Assembly: GCA_964234715.1 (NCBI GenBank)
Contig: OZ174280.1
Length of the DNA: 64,000 bases
Direction: 5' to 3' (one strand)
Origin: Podarcis melisellensis
Lineage: Eukaryota
Part shown: piece after piece, positions 26,097 through 39,781 of the stretch
How the letters are laid out: each line of letters begins with the position of its first letter
How positions within the stretch are numbered: position 1 is the first letter of the stretch
The notes under the pieces: model-generated
Told to the model about the DNA's origin: nothing
Databases searched by the model: none
Seen by the model: the letters and a program-made list of their open reading frames with translations, nothing else
Program-made: the position numbers and the translations under genes

Positions 26097-26620
26097 NNNN
26101 NNNNNNNNNNNNNNNNNNNNNNNNNNNNNNNNNNNNNNNNNNNNNNNNNNNNNNNNNNNNNNNNNNNNNNNNNNNNNNNNNNNNNNNNNNNNNNNNNNNN
26201 NNNNNNNNNNNNNNNNNNNNNNNNNNNNNNNNNNNNNNNNNNNNNNNNNNNNNNNNNNNNNNNNNNNNNNNNNNNNNNNNNNNNNNNNNNNNNNNNNNNN
26301 NNNNNNNNNNNNNNNNNNNNNNNNNNNNNNNNNNNNNNNNNNNNNNNNNNNNNNNNNNNNNNNNNNNNNNNNNNNNNNNNNNNNNNNNNNNNNNNNNNNN
26401 NNNNNNNNNNNNNNNNNNNNNNNNNNNNAATACGCAACAGTGTCTGTGNNNNNNNNNNNNNNNNNNNNNNNNNNNNNNNNNNNNNNNNNNNNNNNNNNNN
26501 NNNNNNNNNNNNNNNNNNNNNNNNNNNNNNNNNNNNNNNNNNNNNNNNNNNNNNNNNNNNNNNNNNNNNNNNNNNNNNNNNNNNNNNNNNNNNNNNNNNN
26601 NNNNNNNNNNNNNNNNNNNN
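26097..26620. other. Assembly gaps (26097-26428 and 26449-26620) around a 20-bp sequence island
   Basis: Runs of N. Confidence 1.
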
Positions 26621-29514
26621 TATTTGTAATGTCTGGATAGCAAGTTATTTACACCTCTTAAAATGTAATTGCTATTAAGTGACTCCAAACCAATGCACCT
26701 TTCCTTTTTTATTATTTAACATAACTATTGTACGTCTCAAAGAAGACATATTTAGGAGTATTTATAGTAATATACGAATTACTATACATAACACTTATAC
26801 AATTAATAGTTTTCATTTCACCGGATATCTAATGTCAGGGTTTGGTTTTTTTGTAAAAAGCATTGTAGGAAGAGATCTGCAAGAAAAACACGTTGTAAAA
26901 GTAATGCATCAAAGTTCATGTACAATGGCTGAATGGTAGACCTTCATATAAGGAATGCAGTTTGACAGGTCAGTGAATGTTTGTGCACATCTGTATGGTT
27001 GGTTGTGTATATATATCTGAGCTTTATAGTCATATGTCTCATATGCATTTCTATGTCTGCCACCAAAGTTAATAGCTTAATATTTCATCTACATAGCATA
27101 GGATAGTAAATAATTGGAGAAGTTTGTAGTTTGCCTCCCAAGTATCTATCACACTTGTAGCTCCGGCCTGTGATGCTAAACATACCAAAAGCTGTATTTT
27201 AAAATTCACACCCTAATTACAGCCACATATTAACATAAGTGTCTTTGGGGAAACAAAGCATTTTTTTTGTTGAGATGAGAAAAAGATCTAATCGTGCAGT
27301 ATTTGTAGGTCAAATGAATAACTGAGTTCTGACCATTTTTCTTCACAATAAGTAGTATCTCTCTACTAGACAGATTAAAGTCTCACCTGAAGCAAAAACA
27401 CCCCACAAAAATCAATACAGCCAAAACTTTGTCTCTTACAAAATAATCTCAAGAGTGGCACAGCCTTCGAGGCAACCAAGGCTGCAATCTTACACACACT
27501 TGTCTGCGAGTAAGTCCAGGGTGCCAGCAGTATAATGGGTCCAATGCACTCTATGTGGATTAGGCCTTATGCCCCCTCCTGCAAAAGAGGACACAAATTG
27601 GTTTAAGCTTTGTATCCTATTTTGCAGTTTGGTTGGGCAACCCCAAAACAAATTAGGGTCACACAAGTAATAAAATGTTTGACAGACTGAATGTGAACAG
27701 GTAGAGCTTTTTTCCATACCAGAAAAGGCTTCACCTGTTGAATTTTGACGTGCCACACAGCTGTTAAAGACAGCTCTCTGGAAGAGGAGTGGACACAAAG
27801 CCTGAGGCTTGCTCAAGGTTATCCCCATCACAACAAACCACAGTTTATCATGTCATCATAACACAGCCAGTATAAGACAAATCCCTCTGTTCTTCACAAA
27901 AGAGCACCTAAAAAGTGCAAGGGATGAGGTAGTAACTAACAGGACTAAAACACTTATTAGCTCTGTTCACTGTTTTAAATGTCAGGCAATATCTTCCCAA
28001 TTCATCCCACAATTTTTTTCCGTTGAAAATCTTTTGTTCCTTTTTTAATCTTCTGGGACAACTGGACTGGAAGCAAGTCACTACATGGTTGTAGCAGCCT
28101 GGACACCCCCCCCCCAAACTGTAGACTCAGATACAGTCCGCTAGCCTTCATTTGCCTACCTCTGATCTACACTGGGTGATGATGGGAAACTGGACAAGCT
28201 GGACCAAATCAGGTTGGAAGCAGTACATCAAAGCTGTGTAACAGAGAACAGCACTTTTTAAAGCCTGCAGAACTTTGGTGCTTTGTCTTGCATTGAACAA
28301 AAACATTTGTAAACAAATCTTTCAATCCTGGTTGATTGGGGAAGAGTTGAGTAAAAAGTCTCTTTTAGATCTAGCATTTACTGAAACCCTCCCTAAGAAC
28401 CAGCAGGATAAAGGTTCGTTTTGTTTGTATTCACTCCCACAAAATGCTAAAACTGTTAAAAAGTTCCCCTTTGAAATATGCAGAGTGCAACCTACACACA
28501 CATAAAGCATGCTTTGGACAGCAGCAACATGACTAGATTTCATCTCCTGGCAGCTGCTCTCAAGTTTGCTTACATTCTCTTCAAAAAACATTTTGTTTAC
28601 TGTAAATGCTAGTCATGGGCAAACAATGGGGCCATTTTTTATGTTGCTAATGCAGAATGATATACTAAGATCTACATAATGCTGCCCATTGACAAAGGAA
28701 TGTTCTGAATTAAGTTGTTTTAAGTAGAGGCTGTTTATGTAAAGTAAATAAATTTCATGCCTTACCATGTGATGATAATGTGACATTCCATCTGTATCAA
28801 GCCAAAGAATAGTCATAGGTTTCATGTCCTGAGCGTAACTAATTAAAAATAATTATGGAAAACCACATCCAAAAGTAAAAAAGCTAAATAAAGAAGACAG
28901 TCTTTCTCCAGCCTTTATTTTCATTAGGACAGCAGAAGGGATCAAAGTTCCCATTCAAGAAATATTTATTATATTGTTAACATGCTAAAAGTGCGTCATT
29001 TTGACCCATATGATTTCAGAGTCATACTAAATTTTCACTGCTTGGGTCATTAGTGTTACAAATGGAAGAAACATTATGATGCAGCATGTTTCACTGTTGT
29101 TCTTGAGCACAAATAAGGCTATATGGTTGCTTTACTTAGAAAGCAACTAAAGAGATGCTTAGTATACTATGGCACTGGTTTCTGTGGGCTTCATTAGGCT
29201 AAGAAGAGAGTGGGATAATTCGTAAGCGAAACCAACTTCAGAACGAGTAAGAATTCCGCCAAATGAAAATTCCTTAAGCAAACTCGCTCTTCTGTCCTGG
29301 TTTTCTGCAGCCCAACTTGACCGATTTTCTAAACTTGCAGCTGTAAGGATTCTTGTATGTGACCAAGATTAGATTTCCCAGCTTAAAATTGGTCACGGAT
29401 ATTCTAGCGATTGGTTTCCAGACAGTAGCTTGGATCCAGACTTTGCTCCCATCAGCAAGCTCATCCCCTGCATGGAGTTCTCCTTGGGGAGACTTGGGGA
29501 AAGTGGGAGAGAGG

Positions 29515-29852
29515 CAGGGCTGGCCCACCCATACAGCAAGGTGAGGTGACTGCCTCAAGTGGCAAGATCCACAGGGGTAGACCCGGCCTCCAAGGAATGC
29601 ATTGCCCACTGCTGTGGCTGCAGCAGCAACACATAGAGCATACTCCTTGGACGCTGGATCTGACACCTCCTCAGCAGCCCCCACCCCAATGCCTTCTCTA
29701 CAGTGGCCTCTTGGCGAATAGGAGGTGCAGCTGGTCTCCTCCCACCCTCGTTCCTTGTTCCCATGCACTTCACTCATCTCTTGTTCCTTGGCAGGGGAGA
29801 AGCACCATTTTGTGCTTCGCCTCAGGTGCCAAAATGTCCTGGGCCGGCCCTG
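29515..29852. mobile_element. Non-autonomous hAT element, GC-rich
   Basis: TIRs CAGGGCTGGCCC / GGGCCGGCCCTG with perfect 8-bp TSD GAGAGAGG (29507-29514, 29853-29860). Confidence 0.85.
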
Positions 29853-32800
29853 GAGAGAGGGCTGTAGTTGATTATTCTTTCTGCCTGCACCGAAAAGAGT
29901 AGGGGCTGCAGGGCAAATCAGCAAAATGGTCTTCCCCTCTCTTTCACTGGATCAAATCATCTAAAAAGATTTGAATTTAACCCGTATATGTTTATTCTGA
30001 CTTACCCCTCGTATTACAAAGACATGGAGATGGGAAAGTACTGCTTCTCTGTGCTATCATTTACACACCTAGATCCATATGTGCAATTGTTACCTTGGAT
30101 TTTAAAAGCAATAATCTCATAGCTCTGGTTTATATACACAGGCACCATTCCAACAGATATTAAGTAGGCCTGGTATGTGGCCCAATGCAATTTTGTTCCC
30201 CTAACCAGTTGTAGTCTTGCATAAACTCAACTCTGTTCCACTCAGAGGCAGTAACTGCCACTGTGATGTTCTAAACTTCAAAGTTAAAAAAAAGAAGACG
30301 ATAACTAAGGTCTATATATTACATTAAAGAGAGAAACAGCTCTTTTCAACGATCCTATGAACTGATACAAGGCAATTTTTAAAAGTACATAATAAGGAGG
30401 TGGGAGAAACCAAGAAAAGAAAGTCATTTGTTTACTCCATGTTAAAGATAAAGAATGAGAAAACACCACTCAACACAACTGACACTTGGCAAGCTAAGTC
30501 TTCATCGTTAAAATGTCCTTTATTCTGCTTCTTTTAAAAACTAAATCATAAACCACAAGGGAAAATTAATCTACTTGATCAAGATGTGTGGCTGCCTGTC
30601 TGGCATCAAGAACACACTGCTGAGCTACAGAGATTTCACTTCATATCGATATAAATGCTAAATGACTTCAAGCTTAGGAGGAAGTATTGCCTTGAGTTTA
30701 AGGCACAGGACCAGGAGTCAGCTGTCGTCTCATTTCATACTTTACCTGGGAGGGCAGACAAGCCACTCATCTTTTCAGCATTTAACCACAACTTTGTAGT
30801 AAAAGACACACAGGCACCTTCTCTGTACCAGCTGGTAGGCTGGTCTATATTCATACCCCAAATGTGCTTACCTAGCTGGCACAGTGCCAAAGCTCTCATT
30901 TTACTACAGAGCTTTGTTACTACATTTCTGAACATTTTGGGGAAAGGCTACAATGGGACAGCATTACCCACTCGCACAGAGGAAAGAACAATTCCTCCTG
31001 GGAGAGCCACTGACTTACATGACCCCGGTATACATGGCAGAAAAGTAAAATGGCATGGATGTTGTAAACTCATCAGCAAGGCTGGTGCGTTGCATGATAA
31101 CACAATGCGCATTTAGAAAAGTGTTTTTGGAAACTCAGTCAAGTTTAATTTAAAAGCTTAAAAAAAAAATCTGCCAAAGGGGTGGGTGTTCCACAGGATT
31201 TCATGGAAGTAGCTGGTATATTTAATCTGCTCGAAAGCTCATTCTAAGCCACTCATTCGCAGAATACCAAAACTATAATGTGCCTGTTCTCCAAGAGATG
31301 CCTATGCCCCATATCAGACAAGCCATGACGTCAATGATGCGCTTCCTCTGTTTAATGCAAGGCATGTTCTTAAGCACCTCGCCAAAATGGGACTTTGTAA
31401 AATAGAGATCATATGTCTCTGGGATGTGGCAAGGCTGTATTCATAAATGTTTGCAAAGTACGCTCAGGTCCTCTGGTAATAGACACTAGAGAAATATTAT
31501 TATCATTATTAAAGCCTTGAGATACATCAAGGCTTTATAGTTCACTCAAAAGCCTACACCTAAGACAAGGTGATGTGGATAAGGAAGAAAATGTAAAAAA
31601 ATAAAAAATAAAATAAACATGGAGGCAGTTCATATCCAGATAGTTAAATAAAGGTTCTTCTCAAACTGGTAGGGTGCTCACATGCCAATACCAAGAACAG
31701 TTCTGACTACAATCCTGTGCCCAGTAACTCAGATTGATGAGTTAATCTGACTGGGCAAAAAACTGCAGCCTTAATTTTTTTAATGGGGCTGACTAGTAAA
31801 TGGGGCTCAATCTTTCCCCAAAGCCAGAGCTGAGGCCAAACCATGTGAAAAAAAGGAGAGAACAGAGCATCTGCAGAGTGCATTCTCCTAACCACTGCAT
31901 GGATAACTCTGTCCAACATGCATGGATAGCTCTGCCTCCCAGGTGCTGAGTGCAGCACCCACACAGACCAGGGGGAGGAAAGTTGACATAACCCACAAGA
32001 GTTCCATCATTCTGACCACAAGGCCAGGATGCTCTGGATCTGGATTTGGGAATTTGTTCTTGGTTCTGGGCCAGAAAGACAGAATAGGTATGTTGCTGGT
32101 GAACTGCCCACAAAGCTGCTTCATTGAGCTAATGGTGAAGGCAAATTAATAAATACCCCTTAGGGACATTGTATGAACACCTTAACATAAGATAAATGCT
32201 GGTGTCCATTTCACCTTGTTTGCAGGCAAGCAAATCACTTCCTATCTTTTGCAAACACTTCGAAATAGAGAGGTATGTATCTGTCACCCATTATGGCAGA
32301 CGGCTGGTTCTCCTCCACTGCAGCTCCTTCTGGTGTCACAGCCAACAGAAGTGCAACTGATGTCCCCCCTTGGAGCCATGCCTTTTCTGCAATTGTACCC
32401 TATATATGGAATCATTTTCCTCCTGAACGTAGGCAGGCAGGCACCATCTTTTATTCTTTTTCGGCATCTCTTTAAACCACACTTATTTAACCAGGACTCT
32501 GAAGATGTGCAATTCCACTTTTTGTTCTTACTCCCCCCCCCCCCCCCGCCTACTGCAGCTGAATTTTAGCCTGTATACTGTTGTGCTTTTTAATAGTTTA
32601 TCATTTTTATCTTGCTTATTTTTAATATGAACACCACCGGGAGACTTCAGTAAAAAGGTGGTATATAAAAACATATCAAATAAATGCATTTTTTAAATGC
32701 ATAGTTTGTTCAGTTAGGCACTTTTGTAATCTGAAAGCGGCGGGTGGGGGGGGGGGAGTCTTTATCTTGCCAACAGCTTAAATGTCATACAACCAAAGAG

Positions 32801-32947
32801 AGGGCAAGAGACCTAATTTTGCTGAAGAGAACACAAATCTGATACGGTCTCTTGCAAAAGGCCTTTTCAAGTCTTTCAGAAGAAATTTGCTAAATGGACC
32901 CCTTTGACAACTCTTTGCCATCAAAACAAATAATATGGGGGAGTTAC

Positions 32948-33001
32948 CTTGGGCAGGCTGTCTTGCATTGGTTCTTCTTAGCAGCTTTCCTGCTTGCTTT
33001 A
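32948..33001 (-). CDS. ITGB3BP: ITGB3BP exon 7 (I-KQAGKLLRRTNARQPAQ)
   Basis: cctcag/ and /gtaact; 54 nt, phase 1-1, links flanking exons in frame; only weak similarity to human MTKVNKQKLFEKSTGLPHK. Confidence 0.75.
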
Positions 33002-33519
33002 CTGAGGAACAAAATATATTTAGATATTGTGACAACTCTACTCATGTGATGCTAATATAGAAAAATGGTACAAATGTGTTTTTTCTCTAACGTTCCAGGA
33101 AATTTTTCAATTAAAGAAAATACTGGATTGAATTCATAGTTCCTCAAGCAGAGTTCTACTCCCAGAATAGGGCACTCCCAGATCTCTGCTCTCCCTTTCC
33201 CCTGCAAACCTTTGTACATCGGAAAAATCAGAAGAAAACAATCACCTCCCTTTTTCTCACACACACTTCTGTAGACAAAAGTTCTGCTAAATCTTTTTGG
33301 ACATGGCTAGCAGCAGAGTGCAATCCTAAACACACTTACCAGGGAGCAAGTCCCATTGAATACAGTTTTTTCTGAGTAAGACACACTAGATTGTTAGGCC
33401 AAAAGTAAAACTAATGATATCCCTCAATACCTTCATTGAACAACAGGCTCAGGACACAACACTGTAGCACCTAACTTCTCACCCAAGTTGATGAGGAACC
33501 ATTAGTGGGAAGTCTTTTG

Positions 33520-33810
33520 GTTTAGTCAGTCAACCAGCTACAAATCCACCTAACACTTACCTCGCTCAGCCCACATTTTAGCAGCTTCTCTGCAATGTTA
33601 TTATGCGGGACTTTGTCAAAAGCCTTACTGAAATCAAGATGCGCTACGTCCACAGCATTCCCCTGATCCACCAAGCTTGTAATGCCATCAAAAAAAAAGA
33701 AATGAAATTGGTCCAGCATTACATGTTTTTGAGAAGCCCACACTGGGTCTTAGTAATCATAGCATCCTTTTCTAAGTGTTCACAGGCTGATTACTTAATT
33801 ATCAGTTCTA
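33520..33810 (-). mobile_element. CR1 LINE reverse-transcriptase fragment
   Basis: VDQGNAVDVAHLDFSKAFDKVPH...VRWICSWLTD is a typical CR1 RT block; frameshifted. Confidence 0.85.
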
Positions 33811-34213
33811 GGCCAAGCAAAACACTCAAAGAGGATGTGAAACAGGCTGAAGGGCAAGGGCATGGTGTTGGGAGAGTCATGAGGGCCAGACAGAGGCTTG
33901 GAGGGCCACATTTGGCACTTGGGCCTGAGGCTCCCTACTCCTACTTATAGTAACTTGGATATAGAGACCCGTAATATAAATTCACTTGAGTTATACCAAG
34001 AGTGATCAGTAGTGTTACCACTTATCAATTATTTGTTTGCTTAATTATGTTGCTTAATATGAAGTACTTAATAGGGAAACTAATCTGTATTTCTGCAATA
34101 CGTAATATTTCTAGGACACCTAGGCATGCTCATGTAAAACAAAGATTAAATATGTGAAAGGATGCATATTAATTATTTCACAAAAAAAGGAAATTATGAA
34201 AAGTCCTTCTTAC

Positions 34214-34307
34214 TTAGCTTTCTGGTTTTGCTCACTTCGCCTTTCAAGTTACCAGCGGACTCTGAAACACCGATAATATTTTCAAGCTCTCTGGTGCCCT
34301 CTAAAGC
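34214..34307 (-). CDS. ITGB3BP: ITGB3BP exon 6 (ALEGTRELENIIGVSESAGNLKGEVSKTRKL)
   Basis: ttttcag/ and /gtaaga; 94 nt; matches human ALEGSRELENLIGIS. Confidence 0.95.
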
Positions 34308-35389
34308 CTGAAAAAAATTAATTTTTTTAAAAAAGCTAAGTCTTAATGCTGAATCTTCTAACAAAACAGAACTCTTAAAACCTTCCACTCTTTCTGCATC
34401 ATTAGTTTAAATGGCTGAAAAAAATTCTATATTACTAACATTTGATATTAGAAATGGAATGCTTCTGAATGCACAGTACGATCAACAGGTGTGAAGTTGG
34501 AAGCCTTGTCGCATCCCTACAATCTGAGCACCTTATCGCTGAAGGACACCATCAGGCTGCCACTTTGCCTTTTCAGACTGTTTGTTTGCCTGAATCCCGG
34601 TCAGTTCCCCTAGTTTACCCCAACTACTCTGTATCCAGCCATGCCTTTCAATCAAAGGAAGTGTTGCCCTGACTTTGGCTTCTAGCCTGGACCACAGAAT
34701 CCATCCCACTCTACCACCTCTGCTTTCTTTCCAGCCCTTAGGACACGACCCCACCAGGATTCAGGTACAGAGTGGCGGGCAAAACAGGTGCCCTTAGGAT
34801 ACTCATAGGTGTGACCTCGTGGGGCAAATAGCAGCTGAAGAGGGGCAGTTTAAACCAGGAAAAAGATATAAGGGAAAGTGTTAACACGCTTTAAAAAAAA
34901 ACAACAACTGTGGGAGATGCATGATCAAACTCCAGAATCACACCTAATTTTATCCTCACAGTGGAATCAGAAAACCAACTATCTTGCTGGGTACGGGGTC
35001 GAGACTGACCTGAGAGAACAACAGTAGCTAATAAAAATATAGGTATTGTCAGATGTGGGCAAACTTTTTGGCCCAGTAGGCCAATTAGTTATCTGTCCCG
35101 TGGGCTAACCTCTACCCACCTGTCAAAGTCTCTTGCATAACACTTTCCAAGTGCCCATCTGCCAGCCGGTTGTTGGATGCCTGGGGACTGCAGCGCAAGG
35201 GCTTTCTACAGAGATAAGCTGCACAACCATGTTGTCAGCTGCACAGATGATCCAGCTGCATCTCTACCTACCTTGCACATGATGTCACATATGAAAAGTA
35301 GGCTAGGGAAAACAGCCTTGCAAGTCAAATTTGATCGGTGGACCAGAAGCTCCCCACCCCTGCTCTATAATGAAGATTGCAACAATTGA

Positions 35390-35390
<1 letters not shown>

Positions 35391-35442
<52 letters not shown>

Positions 35443-35443
35443 A
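35391..35443. repeat. (GAAA)n tetranucleotide microsatellite
   Basis: Direct reading; about 30 nt from the ITGB3BP exon 5 donor. Confidence 0.95.
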
Positions 35444-35471
35444 TCAAGGATCAAGATGGGGGACAACAGAC

Positions 35472-35550
35472 CTGTAAATTGGTTAGGTTTTGTCTGATTT
35501 TCATAAATCTGCCCAGAGATTCTTCAACTTCAGATTGCAGCATTAATAGT
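35472..35550 (-). CDS. ITGB3BP: ITGB3BP exon 5 (LLMLQSEVEESLGRFMKIRQNLTNLQ)
   Basis: cttaag/ and /gtctgt; 79 nt; aligns to human FMMLLSKVEKLSEEIMEIMQNLSSIQ coiled coil. Confidence 0.9.
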
Positions 35551-35928
35551 CTTAAGGAAAGAGGGAAACAAGGAATTATTTAAATTGAGGGCATAATTTC
35601 TGAAACAAGAACAAAAATGAATAAAAACCAAGTAACACTGATATAGCTTTGCCGGCAACATCCCTCCCCTGGCTGTGAAATACTGTAACTTGTTAGTATA
35701 TAACAGGTAAATAAGTCTAGGGTTTATCGTACATCACCCACTAGCAAAATGCACACATTTCTAGCATGTATAATTATACTAATTTCCCATCATTATCTTA
35801 CCTCCTCCCTAAACTCCAGCATAGAGAGTCAGTTCCACCCACTTCCCATGGATAGTGCAAAGAAACCTATCAATACTCCTGCACAAGATTCCAGCCCAGC
35901 CCAGTCCTACCCATGGGACTCTTTAGGA

Positions 35929-36053
35929 CAGGGTTTCCCAAACCTAGGCCTTTGGACTACAACTCCCATCATCTCTAGCTAGCAGTACCAATGGTCAAGG
36001 ACGATGGGGATTGTAGTCCAAAAACGGCTGGTGCACAAGTTTGGGAAGCCCTG
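35929..36053. mobile_element. Palindromic hAT MITE
   Basis: TIRs CAGGGTTTCCCAAAC / GTTTGGGAAGCCCTG; perfect 8-bp TSD CTTTAGGA. Confidence 0.9.
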
Positions 36054-36656
36054 CTTTAGGAGACAGTAAAAAGCAGATCAGGAATGGAAGTGGGGGAGAG
36101 AAGTGGAAAAACCAGTAGGATCATCCACAAGGCTAGAGAGTGCACCAGAAGCACAAGATTGCATGAATGAATAAAGCAAAAGGATTAAGGCTGCTTAACT
36201 GGCAATGTAACTTTTTCTCTTATAGAACAGATTTTAATTGGAGTGACATAAGCCTGAAAGAACTGAAGCAGTGCCGTAGTACCAGGCAGCTCATTGAATA
36301 GACAGACAAATTGTATAGAATAAATTCTGGGAAAGCTGGCTGCCATTTCTAAAATATTGTCAGGAAAATAATTAACTCCCACAAAAACAAATTCAAGTAG
36401 GTTTTGATTTTTTTTAGAAGAATTTTTGTGATTTTATGTTAATCTGCATTTACCTGTGTAACGTTGTGATAGAAAACAAACATTTCTTAGGGTTTTTTAA
36501 AACTCAGTTTTGTTGATAATTAATAATTGCAAAAAGACTAAATAAAAATTACTCCCCAATATTGCTACAGCAGAAACGGCTTTCCTAGAGGCTCTGTTGC
36601 AATTAAATTTGTGCCTCTCTATGCTTGGTTTAAACTATAGAATTAGGTAACATTAC

Positions 36657-36732
36657 TTTTCGTAGTCTTCCATTTCAGGATGCCCCCTTCTGGGTGATCT
36701 GATTAGCAAGTTACTACGTTTCTCTCTGTTTC
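36657..36732 (-). CDS. ITGB3BP: ITGB3BP exon 4 (G-NREKRSNLLIRSPRRGHPEMEDYE-K)
   Basis: ttcctag/ and /gtaatg; 76 nt, phase 1-2 as required; divergent from the human exon. Confidence 0.75.
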
Positions 36733-37464
36733 CTAGGAATAAGACAGTCAAGAAATAAGAATTAACACACTATAACCATCCTGTAGTTGAAGACAAAAAT
36801 CAAAACAGTATTAAGATTTACCATCTTCTGCACGAAAGATAAACATGAACTATTTTCTCTATTCCCCCCCCCTTTTCATTACAAATGCACCATAACCTGA
36901 CATTTAATTAATTACAGCTTTTCCATTATAAACATCTTATGTTAAAAAGGAAAGCTACAAATACAAAAATAGAAATGGTAAAGTTAATACTACTACTAAC
37001 AGATTTAAGAGGTTAGAAAATTCCCAAAATTCACTTCACTCCATAGAAATGTAAGATTGTTGGCAAATGCAAGATATTATGTATTATTAATTTGGATGCT
37101 AGGTATATAAAAATACATGAAAGAACATGCTCAATAACCACTATAATTTCCATTTGAAATTATTTCTTTACTAACCAAAGTTATATAGCAGCCCCATAAG
37201 ATCAAACTCACAAAAGACACAGAACAATTGAAAACACTACTCTGAAGGATCCTACGTAGTAACATGAGAATGGTGCAAGGGGCTGCAAGAGAAAAGAGTG
37301 AGGAGCAGAAAATGCCATCCTTGCCCAGTACGCTAATGGGGGCCTGCAATAGATCCCAGCGCTCCCTGCAAACAGAATGAGCCCTTCCATTTGCAGAGGG
37401 TTAGTTGCTATGCAGTGCAATTTGCCTTAATATTGTTCTCTGTACATCTCAATGTTCAACAAGA

Positions 37465-37495
<31 letters not shown>

Positions 37496-39781
37496 TGAGT
37501 GAGATTTTACTGGATTTTTTATTCGATCTCATTGTGAAGGTTCAAGAATAGGGGACAGACCAAAACAAAGAATGTGAATGAAAAAGCCCTTAGGGATATG
37601 GGGAGAGATGTGCGTGTGTATGTGTTTCAGGTCAAAATACCTATTCATTTACATTTAGTGTAATAACAAGTGCAACTTGTATAATTGCACTTATATATAT
37701 ATCAACAATAAAGCAGTGTTAACACTGTTGCATGATATAAAGAAAACATTAAATATATAAGAGACAACTCAGAATTCTACGTCCTTACCACCATTTTGTA
37801 GCTTGGTGAAACTAGAAAAGGAAAGCTATTCCTACTTTACTGAATAATTATCCATCTAAATGTCAGCTGCGGACACGTGATCTCTCTTTTTATGTGCAAA
37901 AGGACTGTTCCCTTATGCCCATATTTAATTACAATATGGAAATATAGCACACACTCACCTTTGCCTTTGACATCCCGGCACACAGGCGTTTTACTCCTTC
38001 AGGCATTTCCCCCTTTTTTTGTCAGAAATGGCATGTGAAAAAAATCCAACAGATTTTTTTTTCCTGTTTCACTTTCTCCCTCCCTCCCTCACACATAAAC
38101 ACAGAATCACATATGAACAGGGAAAGCAAAACTCATATAATATCATCAATAAAAGATTGGCTTGGGAAGTGGGGAGAGAACAGCATTTGGAGTTTTCAAG
38201 TTGTATGTACACTTCACTACTTTAAAATGTCAGTCAGTTTTCAGTTAACAGGGCAGAATCAGCAGAGCAAAGATGTTATTTCACAAATGGTCATATTGTG
38301 TTTTTTCTCCTACAAGCAACTGGCTGCTTTGTGTAAAATGGCTGCATTTTGCAAAACGGCCTGTGATATGCAATCAAATACAGATAGCGTCTCACTAAAA
38401 GTATCTAAATAATATGGATTCCTAAACCAGGTCCTCTGCTTCCTCTTCTTCACCTCAACAGTAACTCCTTTCTTGTATTATTCTGTGAAATTAAATCACA
38501 ATGCATTTCTCATCTCATGCTAAAACAACAACACCCAAATTATTTGAGTATACCTAGAAGACTGTTAGGTTTTCAAGTACTGGCAAAATATGTTTGGTTC
38601 CGAAGGACAGGGAGCAGAGAGTAAGGCTAAATGGACACTTCTCTCAGCAAAGGGATATAAAGTTAAACTGTGGAATTAACTAGCGCAAGTAGTAACACCC
38701 ACCAATTTCAAAAAAGGTTCCAAAACAGATGGAAGATAAGGTTATCAATGGCTACATACTCCCTCTATGATCCCAGGCCCCATGCCTCTTAATACAAGTT
38801 GCTGGAAAACAACAATGCAAATCAGATATTGTCCTGCTTTTGGCATCTGGTTGGTCACTGTGGGAAAAGGATGCTGGACAAAACAGGCCACTGGTCTGAT
38901 CCACTAGGACTCTTCTTATTTTCTTATGAGATAAGTGTTTTTAATTTTTTTAAATTATGCCTTGTTGAACACCAAGATGCATGGAGAACAATATTAAGGC
39001 AAACTGCACTCGATAGCCACTAGCCATCTGCAAATGGAAGGATGCCTTCTGTTGACAGAGAGAGGCGGGATCCAGTAAAGATTCCCAAGTGGAGGATCCT
39101 TCAGGACAGATTTTCCACAAACAAAAGTGGAGGGGAGAAGAGGGAACCATACTATTCCCCTTCTGCTTGTAGAAGTGCTTCATTAGTGGAACGGATGCTC
39201 CCTCCTATGATGACTTAGTTGAGGTATAAACCTTTGTGCTACCTTGTACTGCAAATGTTCACTGTAAAGAACTTGCATAAGCCTGAAAAAGATTGTGCAT
39301 GTATGATGTTGTAGACTGACGGTAAAAGGTTAGAAGATTTGCACAAGATCAGACACACAGACAAATTAATGCAGGGTTCGTTCAGCATTATTAAAATATG
39401 ATTAGCCATCATTACAGGGCTCAGTGTTAGAGCATATAATTTGAATGCAGAAGGTCCCAGGTTCAATCCTCACCATTTCTTATCAGGGCTGGGTGGGATC
39501 CCTGCCTGAAACCTTGGAGATCTGCTGCCAGTCAGTGTAGTCACCACTGAGCTAGGGGGACCGATGGTCAGACTCCACACAAGGCAGCACCCTCAGTCCA
39601 TTGTACAGGGCAGGTAAGACCTTCTTTACTTTCCCCAATACAGATGTCAAACCTGTTAAATGTTATCATAGCAAGTTTCAAAGGGCAGGGAACTAGTAAC
39701 AGCACAAACTCGCTGGATTAACAAACTCTGCCCACTCTACACAGTGAGAAATTTGGTTCCATTAAATTCAATGCCTGATTC

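Noticed and set aside
26033-26688. Long ORFs containing X residues
   Set aside because: Artefacts of assembly N-gaps
29274-29924. 216-aa ORF on the minus strand
   Set aside because: Spans a GC-rich non-autonomous hAT element; no recognisable domain
38420-38482. Purine-rich exon-like segment as ITGB3BP exon 4
   Set aside because: Stops in all three frames after the acceptor; 36657-36732 fits phase and length
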